DNA from: Octopus vulgaris
Lineage: Eukaryota
Direction: 5' to 3'
Length of the DNA: 64,000 bases
NCBI GenBank assembly: GCA_951406725.2
Contig: OX597819.1
Coordinates: forward strand, 108,996,001 to 109,060,000
Numbering within the stretch: the stretch's first letter is position 1; each line of letters opens with the position of its first letter. Shown piece by piece: positions 12,787-25,922 of the stretch. The notes below the pieces were generated by a model. That model did not search any database and was not told where the DNA came from. It saw nothing but the letters and a program-made list of their open reading frames with translations. Both the position numbers and the translations under genes were made by a program.

Positions 12787-13398
12787 GTGGAAGAAGTAGA
12801 CCCAAGAAGACCTGGAATGTAGTGGTGAAGCATGACCTTCAAACATTGGGCCTCTCCGAGGCAATGACAAGTGACCAAGACCTTTGGAGATATGCTGTGC
12901 TTGAGAAGACCTGGCAAGCCAAGTGAGACCATAACCGTGGCCTGTGCCAGTGCTGCATAATCAGCCGATTGAAGAGTACCCTTCAAACATTGGGCAATGA
13001 TCTCCGCTTGCAAAGACCTGTTGAGGCAAGTGAAATCATTGTCATGGCCGATGACAATACCGCCTGACTGGCACCTGTGCCAGTGGAACGTTAAAAGCGC
13101 CAATCGAGCGTGATCATTGCCAGTGTTGCCTGACTGGCTCCTGTGCAGGTGGCACATAAAAAGCACCATTTGAGCATGGTCGATGCCATTACTGCCTGAC
13201 TGGCCTTCATGCCGGTGGCACATTAAAGTACCCACTATACACTCGGAGTGGTTGGCGTTAGGAAAGGCATCAAGCTGTAGAAACTTTGCCAGATCAGATT
13301 GGAGCCTGGTGCAGCTTTCTGGCTCACCAGCCCTCAGTCAAACCATCCAACTCATGCCAGCATGGAAAGCGAACATTAAACAACGATGATGATGATGA
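12787..13398 (+). mobile_element. RTE family B 3' end (ORF tail plus UTR)
   Basis: Encodes ..RPKKTWNVVVKHDLQTLGLSEAMTSDQDLWRYAVLEKT, followed by subrepeats and (GAT)n. Confidence 0.88.
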
Positions 13399-14237
13399 TA
13401 TATATATGTATGTAGTCTTTTATTCTTTTATTTGTTTCAGTCATTTGATTGTGGCCATGCTGGAACACTGCCTTTATTCAAACAAATCAATTCCATTCTA
13501 TTGGTTTCTTTTGCTGAACTGCTAAGTTACAGGGACGTAAACACACCAACATTGGTTGTCAAGTGATGGTGGGGTGGACAAACACAGACACACAAACACT
13601 CACATACACACACACATACGACAGGCTTCTTTCAGTTTCCGGCTACCAAATCCACTGGCAAGGCTTCACACAGCCACTCCTATATATATTTATATATATA
13701 TAGAGAGAGAGAGAGACAGACAGAGAGGTGGGGAGTGAGAAAAGTGAGAGAGTGGGCGTTATATGTCATAGAATAGTTTGATATACTGCCCTCTACCTTT
13801 CTCCTAACCTGATATTTGTCATTGAACTAACTCAAGGTTTCTATGTTAGTTGAACAAAGAAAGACAGAATTAGTGGAGAGGAAAAAGAATTAGAGAAAGA
13901 TAGAAAGGGGAAAAGAGAGTGAAGGAGAGAGGAAAAAAGAGTGACAGAGAGGAAATGAGATGGACAACCATTTGACTGATAGGGACAATTAGTCAGACAG
14001 ATAAATAAACATCGGTATTTATCTATATGTATGTATGTCATTATTCAGTTTTTATGTATGTCATTGTTCAGTTTATTTCAAGATTTCTTGCCAATAGAGA
14101 AAGAGCCGGTTTCTAACCTAGATTCAAGGTTACTTCATTGAAATTTCAACAACAGGGTATTTTTGTTTGTTTGTACATTTGTATGTATATATGTATGTAT
14201 GTACCTAGTTGTGCAGATTTATATGTTTTGCTTTATG

Positions 14238-14652
14238 TAGGCGCAGGAGTGGCTGTGTGGTAAGTAGCTTGCTAACCAACCACATGGTTCCGGGTTCAGT
14301 CCCACTGCGTGGCATCTTGGGCAAGTGTCTTCTGCTATAGCCCCAGGCCGACCAATGCCTTGTGAGTGGATTTGGTAGACGGAAACTGAAAGAAGCCTGT
14401 CGTATATATGTATATATATAGGTGTGTGTGTATATGTTTGTGTGTCTGTGTTTGTCCCCCTAGCATTGCTTGACAACCGATGCTGGTGTGTTTACGTCCC
14501 CGTCACTTAGCAGTTCGGCAAAAGAGACCGATAGAATAAGTACTGGGCTTACAAAGAATAAGTCCCGGGGTCGATTTGCTCGACTAAAGGCGGTGCTCCA
14601 GCATGGCCGCAGTCAAATGACTGAAACAGGTAAAAGAGTAAAAGAGTAAGAG
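14238..14652 (+). mobile_element. Full-length CORE-like tRNA-derived SINE family D
   Basis: A/B-box-like head (TGGCTGTGTGG, GGTTCAGTCC), CTTGGGCAAGTGTCTT CORE-like segment, internal microsatellite and (AAAAGAGT)n tail. More than ten partial copies occur elsewhere (e.g. ~13415, 18097, 19595, 23795, 40925, 44280, 47640). Confidence 0.85.
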
Positions 14653-14749
14653 TATGTCTTCTCATGCATATAGTTGCATATCTAGAAATGCTCATATATA
14701 TTTAAATGATAAACTTCTGGGAAGTTTTACAGGTTTTTAATAGTTCCAT

Positions 14750-15060
14750 CAACATCTTGAATGCATTGTGTCCACAGTTCAGTTGAGCATAAAGCTTTCA
14801 GATTTTGATTTGTCTGACCGTATGAATCAATGTGTTTACTAATTGGCAATCCGTATCAGTAGTTTGTTGACTGTCCCTACAGTGTGGTTTGTTTTCAATG
14901 CTGGCTTCCTCTTTTTTAAACTCCATCCATTTAAGCACATTGTTCTCACATAGCTCTTGTCAATGGTGTCACCTTTGTAAATGATTTGTAGCTTTCTGTG
15001 GATGTCAGACAGCCTGCACACTTCTTCATTAAAAACTCAATAACAGCTTGTTACACCTGC
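14750..15060 (-). pseudogene. Mariner transposase N-terminal remnant
   Basis: Frameshifted AVIEFL..SDIHRKLQIIYKGDTIDKSYVR.. helix-turn-helix region. Confidence 0.6.
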
Positions 15061-17391
15061 TTGGAACCAATTATTTGCCCGCAATGAGGAAGAACGAAAG
15101 AAAAAAGAAGATAGAGGAAGATAAAGGAAGATTTACTCTACTAATATGAGCAATTTGGATTATTTGTCAGTCAATATAAAGTCATAACCAAGGTAACGAG
15201 CTAGCAGAATCATTAGCATCTGTCTTTACATTCTGAGTTCAAATTCCAAAGGTCAACTTTGCCTTTCATCCCTTTTGGGGTCAATAAAATAAGTACAAGT
15301 TAAACACTAGGGCTGATCTAATCGACTTAAAACCCACCCCATCCCCCACCCCACCCCCAAAATTTCTGGCCTTGTGCCAAAAACTGAAATCAATATAAAA
15401 ATCATGCCCACTTTTGCATTACTTTTCATATAACATTGCATATGTGTGTGTGTATACTTGAGCACTTCTATGTGTGTGTATACACACACACACTCACATA
15501 TGCATACCTACATATACAGACAAATCTTTTATAAAATACACACACACATTATATTTATGCATATATAATCCAGGCACACACACACACACACATATACACA
15601 TATGTATGTATGTATGTATTCAGATAGATAGTACAATAAAATGAAAGATAGATAAGAATAGATTGCAGACACACATGAATCTTGGTAGTACAATTCTAGT
15701 TCATCCAGGTAATGAACGTAACCATTGAGAGTGCAGCAAAAGTAAGTTAGCTAGACTAATTTGCATATATAAAATATTCTTGGCAATTAGTTCGGTTAAT
15801 AAATTATTGGTTTGTTAACAGTGTTTTGTTTCAAAGCTGTTCTCTGCTACAGAATGTGTCTATAATGATTTAAATACCTTCTGTGGTATAATACAGCACT
15901 GAGACAGAATGCACCAATAACTTAATAATTGAAATAGCTGCCAAAAATACTTAATATATGCAAATTGGTCTGTCCAATATATTTGAAATCTTAGTAACAC
16001 TGAGTTTATAACAATTTTCTCTGTATTGAGTTACTTAGGCTGGTTGTTTCCTCTTTTTTTGTCCACAAATATGTTGTATGCAGAGACAAAGGTTTACATC
16101 TGTCTTTCTCATTCAGTTATAGGATTTGTTAGAATCCATTATTTCAACAGGCAGGATACTGGGAACAGTCGGGTAGTAGGTTCAATATATATGAGTACAT
16201 GCAGACAAACATGTATAAATACACGTCTTGCAAACACTTGGTGACCCTCTCAATGCAGATGCCACTTAATAGCATCCAGTCCACACTGTAAAGTGGTGGG
16301 TATTCGGAAGGGCTTCCATCTATAAAAGCCTTGCCAAAACTGACCTCGCATGTGCTTGTGCCATGTAAAAAGTACTAAATCAACTCTGCTGAATGGTTCT
16401 TGTGAAACTGTCCCACCTATGCTTGTATGGAAGGCAGATGTTAAATGATGATGATGATGATGATGATGAACACATATGCATAAATATATACAGCCTACAC
16501 ATACATATATACACATATGCATATATATTCAAACCAACCAATATTTAGGATGCTATACACTATACCACCAGAAAGAATTAAAAGATCACCCTAAAAAATT
16601 ATCATTTATCAGTTCAGTCAATGAACCCCAACAGCTGAGCTGTACTTGTTTACTTCAGTATTCATTGAAGATAGTCATACCTTAAATGAGATTGGACAAA
16701 GGAATGTACTACCCATCCTGACATCTGCAGACTGAATAGCAAAATAAGTCTAACATCACCATACATACCTCCATCCCCATATAACTACCATTCCTTCCTC
16801 TCTTTCCATCACCTTCCCCTCCTCCCTACCAAATACACACAGAAATATCCATATAACTCAATCAACCTTTGCATTGGTCAAAAGGGATAAACAACCCTCA
16901 GTTAAGTTGAGTTAAGTTAAGTTATTTTTTTGGCTCAAAAAGCAAAAAGCAAGGCCATGTAGGGGGACATGGAGTTATGTACAGGGTGGTGCTCATGCAA
17001 AGAGTTCAGGCCAAACATTTATTAATGTTATATTGCCTGAAGAGATGAATCCATGAAGATGATCGACCTGGTGACCACAGATACTATGGACTACACTGTA
17101 ATCATCCCAGGAATATGGACTATGGTCATAAGAGACATGGGATTTGTGGAAACACATGTAGTACTCCATTAAGTGTTTACAAATTTCATCCAAGAACTAT
17201 TGTTACTACTACTGTATCTATCCTACATTATGTTGGTAGAGCTCAATGCATCCCCAAAAAACTGGTTCACCAATCAGCATCATTAAACTGTGGCCAGCAT
17301 AATGGAATAGGAACTTTACTTGCATATTCATAACATTTCCTGTAAACAAGTTCGAAAGACATATACATACATACATACATACATACATACA

Positions 17392-17425
<34 letters not shown>

Positions 17426-18356
17426 GTGGCTGCTTTCTTGTATACAAACAAAACCATTACTAGAAAGAATCATTGAAATGAGTCATTGGTAATGCAATGT
17501 GAGGCCCTTATGTGATTCTTGGGCCCTGCCAAAGATTTGCATATTTTATTGCATAATGCACAGTTATGCTGGCTGGCAGAAGGAACTGGTGCCATAGTAT
17601 GAAATCTTTCGACATGTCTCTTTAATCCTCCAACTCAACGGCACACCTTTCCACAGGTTGCACATGTTCTGTTGTCAACACTGGCTCTATCATAATTTAC
17701 AAGGGGTAAATTCCTGCGGCTTCTTTAATGGTCAACCAGGCCTGTTTGATTTAAGCATTTCTTCCCACAAATCACACACATTTATGTATATATGTATGTA
17801 TATAACAATCTGTATACTTTACTTAAAATAGATACACTAAAAGAAAGCCACAATAGTTCTGTATTCGTCTTGAGAAAGCATCTTGTATTGACATCCAGTG
17901 TTAAAAAAGCACAGAAGAATATCATTAGCAGATGGAAAGTGTTCAGCAGCAGCAGCAGATGGAAAGTGTCTGGATTATGCCATATTTGCATATTTGCATG
18001 ATTAGACAATTTCACCTCTACAGATCTGCAAAAAAAAAAATTACTAATTAGTCACTGGTGTTGCACTTAGCTGGCAAACTGGGTAAAAATACATATAGGC
18101 ACAGGCATGGCTGTGTGATAAGAAGCTTACTTCCCAACCATATGGTTCCAGGTTCAGTTCTTGGGCAAGTGTCTTCCACTATAGTTTTAGGCCAACCAAA
18201 GTCTTGTGAGTGGATTTGATAGATGGAAACTGAAAGAAGGCCGTCATTTATATACGTGTGTGTCTGTCTGTGTCTCTGTCTGTTTCACCCTCCCCCACCA
18301 CTTGACAACCGATGTTTATGTCCCGGTAACTTAGCGGTCTGGCAAATGAGATCAAT

Positions 18357-19145
18357 CGGGATTTTGTTGGTTAGGCTGCCAACATTTCAAAATTTAAAGT
18401 TTATTGAAAATTTTAAAAATTTGGCACATTAATATACTTTCCCAAGCTGGAGTTATTTCACTTTTTCCAGAAAATTGTTGTTAAAAAGAGTTATAGAGGT
18501 TTAAATTTTGATCACTTTCACCTAATCAGGAAAATGGATTTGGAAGATGTCATTTTGTGTGTGACTGCATGTGTTGGCAGCATTCTGAAAATAGTAAGTG
18601 TTTTTATATGAAACTGAAAACAAATCAAATTCTGCTTAACATACAACATATAACCCCTCATAACTTTTTTAAAATTTGGAATTTTCAGAAAATGTTTGCG
18701 AATTTGTAATCTACACCCAGGAATTCAGACGATTATGCAAAAACATTTTTTTTAAATGACTGCAGGGGTGGACGGTGTGATTTAAGGTCTATTTTAGCTG
18801 TTATTTTTAGCACATCTCACAACAAGGGTACAAGCAACAGAACACACCATCAATACATGTGGCATTGTGTAGAATATATTTGTCAACACACATGCTTTCC
18901 CTCTGACAAAAGAGTTCTCATGTTTGGCTTGTTACTATGGAAACAGGCATGAATGTGTCTATGGCTTACAATTGGTTAAAATTACCCAAAATTTTCAAAC
19001 TTTAATTGCCAATAACTCTTTATTTATTGATTTATAGCAAAAATGATTTTCACAGCATTCATTAGCCCATAAAAGTGTATCATTGCACTGAAGATGAAAT
19101 CAATTTGAACAGAAATTGAAGCGGGCAGCCAAACCAACTAGATCC
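18357..19145. mobile_element. Unclassified TIR element inserted in a SINE D copy
   Basis: Imperfect 22-bp TIR GGATTTTGTTGGTTAGGCTGCC / GGCAGCCAAACCAACTAGATCC, with ATCAAT on both flanks. The SINE D sequence resumes after it. Confidence 0.65.
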
Positions 19146-19458
19146 ATCAATTGAATAAGTTCCAGTCTTAAAAAAAAAGTAAATACAAGGATTGAGACAT
19201 TCAGCTAAAATTCTTCCAGATGGCCACAGTCTAATGACTGAAACAAATAAAAGATAAAAGATATTTACAGTGAAAGCAATATTAGTACTGAATAGTAATT
19301 TGTATATCTAACTTTACATGAATATGACACGCAAATAAATTGAAATCACATGATCTAACTGGGCATTTTGCATCTGCTAGTGATACTTCTATGCTTTTAG
19401 CACTATATGTCTATATGAGATGCATTCTAAGACAAATATTTTACATTGATACACATTC

Positions 19459-19511
<53 letters not shown>

Positions 19512-19840
19512 TACACACACTCTTTTTACTCTTTACACTTTATATTTATATAAATTATAGAATTTATATTCTAGTTTTCGTGAAGTAGACATCCTTATCC
19601 TTTTACTTGTTTCAGTCATTTGACTGTGGTCATGCTGGAGCACCGCCTTTAGTCGAGCAAATCAACCCCAAGACTTATTCTTTGTAAGCCTAGTACTTAT
19701 TCTATCGGTCTCTTTTGCTGAACCGCTAAGTTATGAAGATATAAACACACCAGCATCGGTTGTCAAGTGATGTTGGTGGGGGGGAACAAACATAGACACA
19801 CAAACATATACACACACATACATATATATATATATATATT

Positions 19841-20150
19841 AATTAACAATTGAGGATAAAATCTTTAAAAGAAATTATCGTACATGCTACGACGAATTCT
19901 ACGGTTGGCTATCGAGCTTGTAATGTTATGTTTTTCTCTTATATTTCTTGAGTTTGTTGCACTGATGAACATGAAATGCATATTCTGCATTAAATGCGAA
20001 ATCACATGTGATATGTAACTGAATTCTTTTTTAAAATGATGTGTTTTGAAGTTTTGCATTCGGTAAAATTTTGTTTATTTTTAGTAGTTTTGACCGCATT
20101 GGTCCCTCTTAGCGTGTTGGTATCTACGAATAGTAGTACCCTCAATATAA
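19841..20150 (+). mobile_element. Penelope-like terminal-repeat fragment inserted in a (TA)n tract of SINE D
   Basis: CpG-retaining insert flanked by (TA)n and containing a hammerhead motif. The class assignment is inferred from these features. Confidence 0.55.
19956..20019 (+). ncRNA. Type I hammerhead ribozyme motif
   Basis: Stem I GTTGCA/TGTAAC; CTGATGA at 19962-19968; stem II CATGAAATGCA/TGCATTAAATG; GAAA at 19998-20001; palindromic stem III ATCACATGTGAT; AUA cleavage triplet at 20011-20013. The first stem II pair is an A.C mismatch. Confidence 0.75.
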
Positions 20151-20659
20151 TATATATATATATATACATATATATGTCGGGCTTCTTTCAGTTTCTGTCA
20201 ACCAAATCCACTCACAAGGCTTTGGTTGGCCCGAGGCTATAGTAGAAGACACTCGCCCAAGGTACCATGCAGTGGGAATGAGCCCAGAGATACATATCTA
20301 TATATAAGTGTGTGTCAGTCAATCAAATTTCAGTGTAGCTGAGTTTCCACATATTTTCCACTGTTCCCTTTCACAAGCATTCCCATGTTTTACAACAATC
20401 CTCAAGTGAGCACTCACATGGAACCAGCAAACGTAATGAGGCAGCACCACAGCAAGGCTGTCTCTTAATTTTGTTCTAATTAATAGTCAGCCTTGCCATC
20501 CTACTACATTATTGTGATTGATTGTCCTTACCATGTCAAGGTCTAGTCAATGTCTAGTCTGTGTCTACCTAAGGGTCCATTGTGAAATGTGGGAATCACT
20601 TGTAAAAGTGAAATGTGAAAATCCAGCTTTGTTGGAAGATATGTGCATGTGTGGGTGTG

Positions 20660-20704
<45 letters not shown>

Positions 20705-20804
20705 CCCTCTTTTTACTCTTTACTCTTTTACTTATTTCAGTCATTTGACTGCGGCCATGCTGGAGCACCGCCTTTAGTCGAGCAGAGTACCTCATTTCTT
20801 ATAT

Positions 20805-20835
<31 letters not shown>

Positions 20836-20836
20836 C

Positions 20837-20883
<47 letters not shown>

Positions 20884-21015
20884 AAAGAGATAAAGAGGGA
20901 GAGAGAGAAGAGAGAGAAAGAATTCTGTTTTCATTCTAGTACTGCTTATCTCAATCACCTGTCATTCATCATCTCTCTCTTCAATCTTAACACCTTACAT
21001 TTTGTTTCTTTCTCC

Positions 21016-21058
<43 letters not shown>

Positions 21059-21922
21059 ACTTATCTCAATCATCTGTCATTCATCATCTTTCTCTCTTCC
21101 ACTCTTCATCTTCCATCTGTGTGGTGGGGGTGTAAATTACTTTTTAAACCTTTCCAGTATGATATAACTGGCACTACTCAGAAATACACACACACACACA
21201 CTTTCCCTCTCTCTCTCTCTCTTTCTCTCTCTAAGTTACTTTTAAAATCTTCCCAATATGAGAAAGCCATCACTACTCACAAACACACATACACCAACAC
21301 ATTCTCTCTCTCTCCCTCTCCATCCTCATTACTCCTTTCTATCTCTGTCTACTTTAATTTTTCATTCACCCCAGTTTCACATCCATTCCACTACCTCCTA
21401 CCAACACACTCACTTTCCCCTACCTTCTCTGTTTATCTCACTTTTTCTCATTCTCTTCATCACCTCCACCACTAATACTACCACCACCCTTCCCTCTCCT
21501 CCTTTTCTACTCTTATCTCCCATCCTTCTCTCTCTTTTCTTATTCTTCGCCTTCTTTCTTTCTACTCTTCATCCCTTCATAGCTTTCCCACTTTCTCTAT
21601 TCCTACCTATCTACTTCACATTGCATTCTCCATTATCTTCACTACCACAACCATCACTCTCTCTCTCTCTTCTTTCATACCACACCCTGTCCACCCTGCA
21701 CTCAAAAAATCTTCACTCCTTCCTCACCCACCCTGTCTAACATCCCATCTTATCTTTCCATCTGTTTTTCTTCCACCCTGACTATGGACTTACCTTGTGA
21801 ACTGATACAGATGGTCTCACACACACACACACACACACACGCACGTATATACACACACACATCCCACATATACAACCATTCTTAAGCACAAATGTACACC
21901 CTTTTTCACATACATAGATGCA

Positions 21923-21964
<42 letters not shown>

Positions 21965-22249
21965 TATGCCTTTGATCCTATCTATGCTTAATCAGGGCCG
22001 ACCTGGAGTTAAACAACGGCACATATATAAATACCAAAACTGTGTTTCTTATGAATCGGCCTATAAGCATACTGCTTACTTGTATGAGTGAGATGTGGTC
22101 CTCAGCCCAAGCCAGCTAGGAAGAGATAGGAAGCTAGTAACAATAAAGAAAACCTAACGTTATCAATAATGGTAATGATGACATACAATTATATATATAT
22201 ATCATTATTATCATTATTATTGTTGCTGTTGTCATTATTAGTATTATTA

Positions 22250-22796
22250 TTGAATGAGAGAGCAGTGCATGCCATCAAAGTGACACTGGGGTATAATATA
22301 CGAAGCTCAGTATACCCATCATGACTACCCGTCTGATAAGGGTACACTAGGCACATGCATCACAACCATATGTGCGGAACATGGTGATCTCATATCAAAA
22401 TAAACAGCACATCACCTTGCAGGTGGGGCCCAGTTAGAATTTTCTTCTGTTCGAGTCACCCATCCTGCTCAAAAGGTCCCTGAATAAGGGTTGTTTAAGG
22501 ATGTTGAACAAAACACCCATGTTTCCAGAGGTGAATTATTCAAACCCCAAAGAATCCCTCTCAACACATGGCTATGATGCTTCCCCACTACTTCTGCTCA
22601 TGATCAGAGATGCACATATCGTCATCCACTAAGAGACATGCTCAACTGGTTAAGGTCAAACAACTGACAAACAAATCTATGGTATTGAGCTGAATATTTG
22701 CTGTAGCCCAAGACAGAACAATGTACATGATAACACTTCTAATCAGTTAAGATCAGAAGCCACATGAGCCACTGCCTGGTACTGCATCAGGGCATA
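22250..22796 (-). mobile_element. Unclassified interspersed repeat with a (TAA)n tail
   Basis: Near-identical truncated copy at ~44864-44975. Both abut (TTA)n on the + strand. Confidence 0.7.
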
Positions 22797-22797
22797 A

Positions 22798-22798
<1 letters not shown>

Positions 22799-22840
<42 letters not shown>

Positions 22841-23365
22841 GTTCATCCACTGTTGTCAACAATGACCAAAGTCTTCACATGGTAGAATACAGGGCACAGC
22901 ATGTCAAGCTATGGCCAATCAGTCTGATATGTGCTTTGGAAAGCTCTACTGCAGGTCGGGCACTTGTTGTCTGTTGGGACGGAAGACAAACAGTTGGTTC
23001 TGGACTTGTGCAGCTTGTGTTTCCTTTGGGCCCCTGCTATCCTGTTCTGTTTATAGGAGGTGGCACTTCTGTTGGTGCAACTGTACCAGGCAGGGTAGTC
23101 TTGTGCTTGTGTTTCCCAAGTGTCGGGATTGATCTGAAATCTGTTCAGTGAGGCTTTGAGTGTATCCTTGAATTGCTTTTTCCGTCCACCTTGCATGCAT
23201 TTGCCATTTGCCAGTTTGCTGTAAAACAGTCTCTTGTGGAGTCACAGGTCAGGCATTTGAACAGGGTGGCCTACCCACCTGATTTGTACTCTCCTCAGCA
23301 GTATGTAAATGCTAGGCAGATCAGCTCAAGAGATCTCAGTGTCTGGGACCTTGTCTTGCCAGGTG
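22799..23365 (-). mobile_element. RTE LINE 3' fragment with a C-terminal Cys/His knuckle
   Basis: GGRKKQFKDTLKASL..INPDTWE..AQD..W...CPTCSRAF, followed by a (TAA)n tail. Confidence 0.85.
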
Positions 23366-24049
23366 ATTTATGCTTAGAAGCGATACACTAAACCAGAATG
23401 TTTAGACTAATGTTTAGTAGAACAAACCACTCCAAATCCCTATTAGAGTATCTGTGTAAATAAAGGACTGGATTGCTTGTAATGGCTTGAAGTCATACGA
23501 TATATAATAACAGAGTCAAATCAAACAATATTTTGAAAGCATTTTTGGACAGCAAGTTGGCAGAATTGTTGGCACACCTGGCAAAATGCTTACCAGCATT
23601 TCATCCATCATACATTCTGAGTTCAAATTCTACAGAAGTTGACTTTGGTTGATGGCAAGTAAATGGCAGCATTGGCAAAGCCATTTTTTGCAATCAGTGG
23701 ACAAACACATATGAAGACTAGGAAATAAAAACTCACTCACACAAACACACACATACATACATACATAAACACACAAACACATATATATTCATATAAGACT
23801 GGCTTCTTTCAGCTTCCCTCTACCAAATCCATGCACCATAACTTTGGTCAGCCCAAGCCTACTGTAGAAGACACTTGACGAAGAAGCTATGCAGTGGGAC
23901 TTGACCCCAAACTATGTGGTTGTGAAGCAATCTTCTCAACTACACAGGCATGCTTGCCTCTATGTGTGTGTACATACATACACACACACACATATATATA
24001 TATACATACACACACACACACACACACATACAGAATTTAGGGGCAGTTG

Positions 24050-25450
24050 AAAGCTAGCTATGTACAGTAAGTTGAAAGTTGACAATGTGCACAGCAAGGA
24101 AATTAGTGTACAGATAGAAGTTCACCAAGGCCCAGTTCTCAATGGCCTCCTGTTTATCTTAGTCTTCCAGTCCATAACAGAGAAGTTTAAGGCTGGTTGC
24201 CTGTGGGAGCTTCTCTGTGTTGATGACCTTGTTCTTATAGCTGAATCTATAGAAGAATTTAAAATAAAATTTCAGATATTGAAAGCAAAACCTGGAATCT
24301 AAAGACTTCATGATTAACTTAGAAAAAGCCAAAGTTTTAGTAAATGGGAAAACAGAAAACCATGAATCACTTCAGAAAAAAGACCCTGCTCAATATGCAG
24401 AAAAAGCATTGGTAGAAATTCTATATAGTCCTACCAGGTACACAATATAGACAAATAAGAGTTATTGTGGAAACACAGGAAGGTTAACAAAGCAAATAAG
24501 TTTTGTATATGGCAGAAGCATAGGAACAATACACAGTAAGAATCCATATGAAATAGATTTTCTCAAATGCACAGGAGGATCCTTAAAGGTAGTAGACAGT
24601 TTCTGTTACCTGGGTGATCTAATTCGCAGTGGAGGAGGATGCTCAGAAAGCAGAGTTGCTAGAATAAGAATTGGCTGGAGGAAGTTCAGAGAGCTATTAC
24701 CTCTGCTGGTAAATAAAGACTTCTTTCTTGGAGTAAAAGCTTGTTTATGAAGAGCAATGTTAATCGTAGTGAAATGTGGGTTGCAAATACAGATGACTAG
24801 CAAAGGCGGTGAGCTGGCAGAAATGTTAGCATGCCGGGCGAAATACGGAGCCGTATTTCATCTGCTGCTACGTTCGGAGTTCAAATTCCGAGGCCAACTT
24901 TGTCTTTCATCCTTTCGGGGTTGATTAAATAAGTACCAGTTATGCACTAGGATCAATATAATCGGCTTAATCCATTTGTCTGTCCTTTTTTGTCCCCTCT
25001 ATGTGTAGCCCCTTGTGATCCTTTCGGGGTTGATTAAATAAGTACCAGTTATGCACTAGGATCAATATAATCGGCTTAATCCATTTGTCTGTCCTTGTTT
25101 GTCCCCTCTATGTGTAGCCCCTTGTGGGCAGTAAAGAAATAAGATGACTAGCAAAGGCAAGAAAAAAATGAAGCTAGCATGTTTTGCTGGATGTGCAACA
25201 TCAGTGTGAAAAACTGGGCAAAAGAGGAATCAGATGAAGTGTGTAAGAGAGAAAAACTGTGCTTGTTTGGCCATGTGATGTGTATGGATGAGGACAGCTG
25301 CATAAAGAAGTGCCAGTAGCCAGAAGTTGTGGAAGAGAGAAACCTAGGAAGATCTGGGACAGTTAGGAAGAATGACCTCCAGATGTTGAGTCTCACAAAG
25401 AAGAGGATAAAGGATTGAAATAGTTGGTGATCTGCTATGCTCAAGAAAAC
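24050..25450 (+). mobile_element. Degenerate RTE LINE reverse transcriptase region, interrupted by SINE A
   Basis: VHQGPVLNGLLF..WELLCVDDLVLIAES (YADD equivalent), VDSFCYLGD..ARIRIGWRKFRELLPLL and FGHVMCMDEDSCIKKC. Confidence 0.9.
24805..25141 (+). mobile_element. SINE A with an internal 109-bp tandem duplication
   Basis: TSD AGATGACTAGCAAA(GGC) at 24791 and 25142. Duplicated units are 24909-25017 and 25018-25126. Confidence 0.9.
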
Positions 25451-25922
25451 TTGTCTTTCTCAACACAAATAATGTCCTAAAAGCATTATCATTTATGTCT
25501 ATGCAACTACATCCATCTGTCGCTGACATGTCTCTTCCCCATAACTCATCTTCCTAACACCCTCACTATCCTTCTTCTGACTATGGCAATATTCACTCAG
25601 CTACTGTAATTATATGGGAGCAGAACTGAACATATTTCATCTCCTACCTTTTTTTGCACCTCTATTCACCCCCACTGGAACTGTTTCCTTTTTTTCTCTC
25701 ATTCTCAGTATCATCTCATAGTATGTAGAAGCCTCTTCTGCTATCCTAAAGATTGTAGTGTGCTAGTGTGGACATGTATGCTTTTCATTGACCAATCTGT
25801 TTGTTGTTGTAGCTTAGCCCTTATCCAGCACATAGAATATCTAAAACCAATGGAAGTGGGAGGGGGGCAGGATATGACAGTAGCATGTGAATATATATAT
25901 ATATATATATGACTTCTATAAA

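Noticed and set aside
16900-17339. Minus-strand terminal exon with AATAAA at ~17020
   Set aside because: No convincing ORF, and the downstream part ends in a (TTAAC)n tail that looks like a retroelement 3' end.
22740-22796. U2 snRNA-like words (TAAGATCA, CCTGGTA.TGCA)
   Set aside because: The matches are too short and wrongly spaced, with no Sm site or branch-pairing region.
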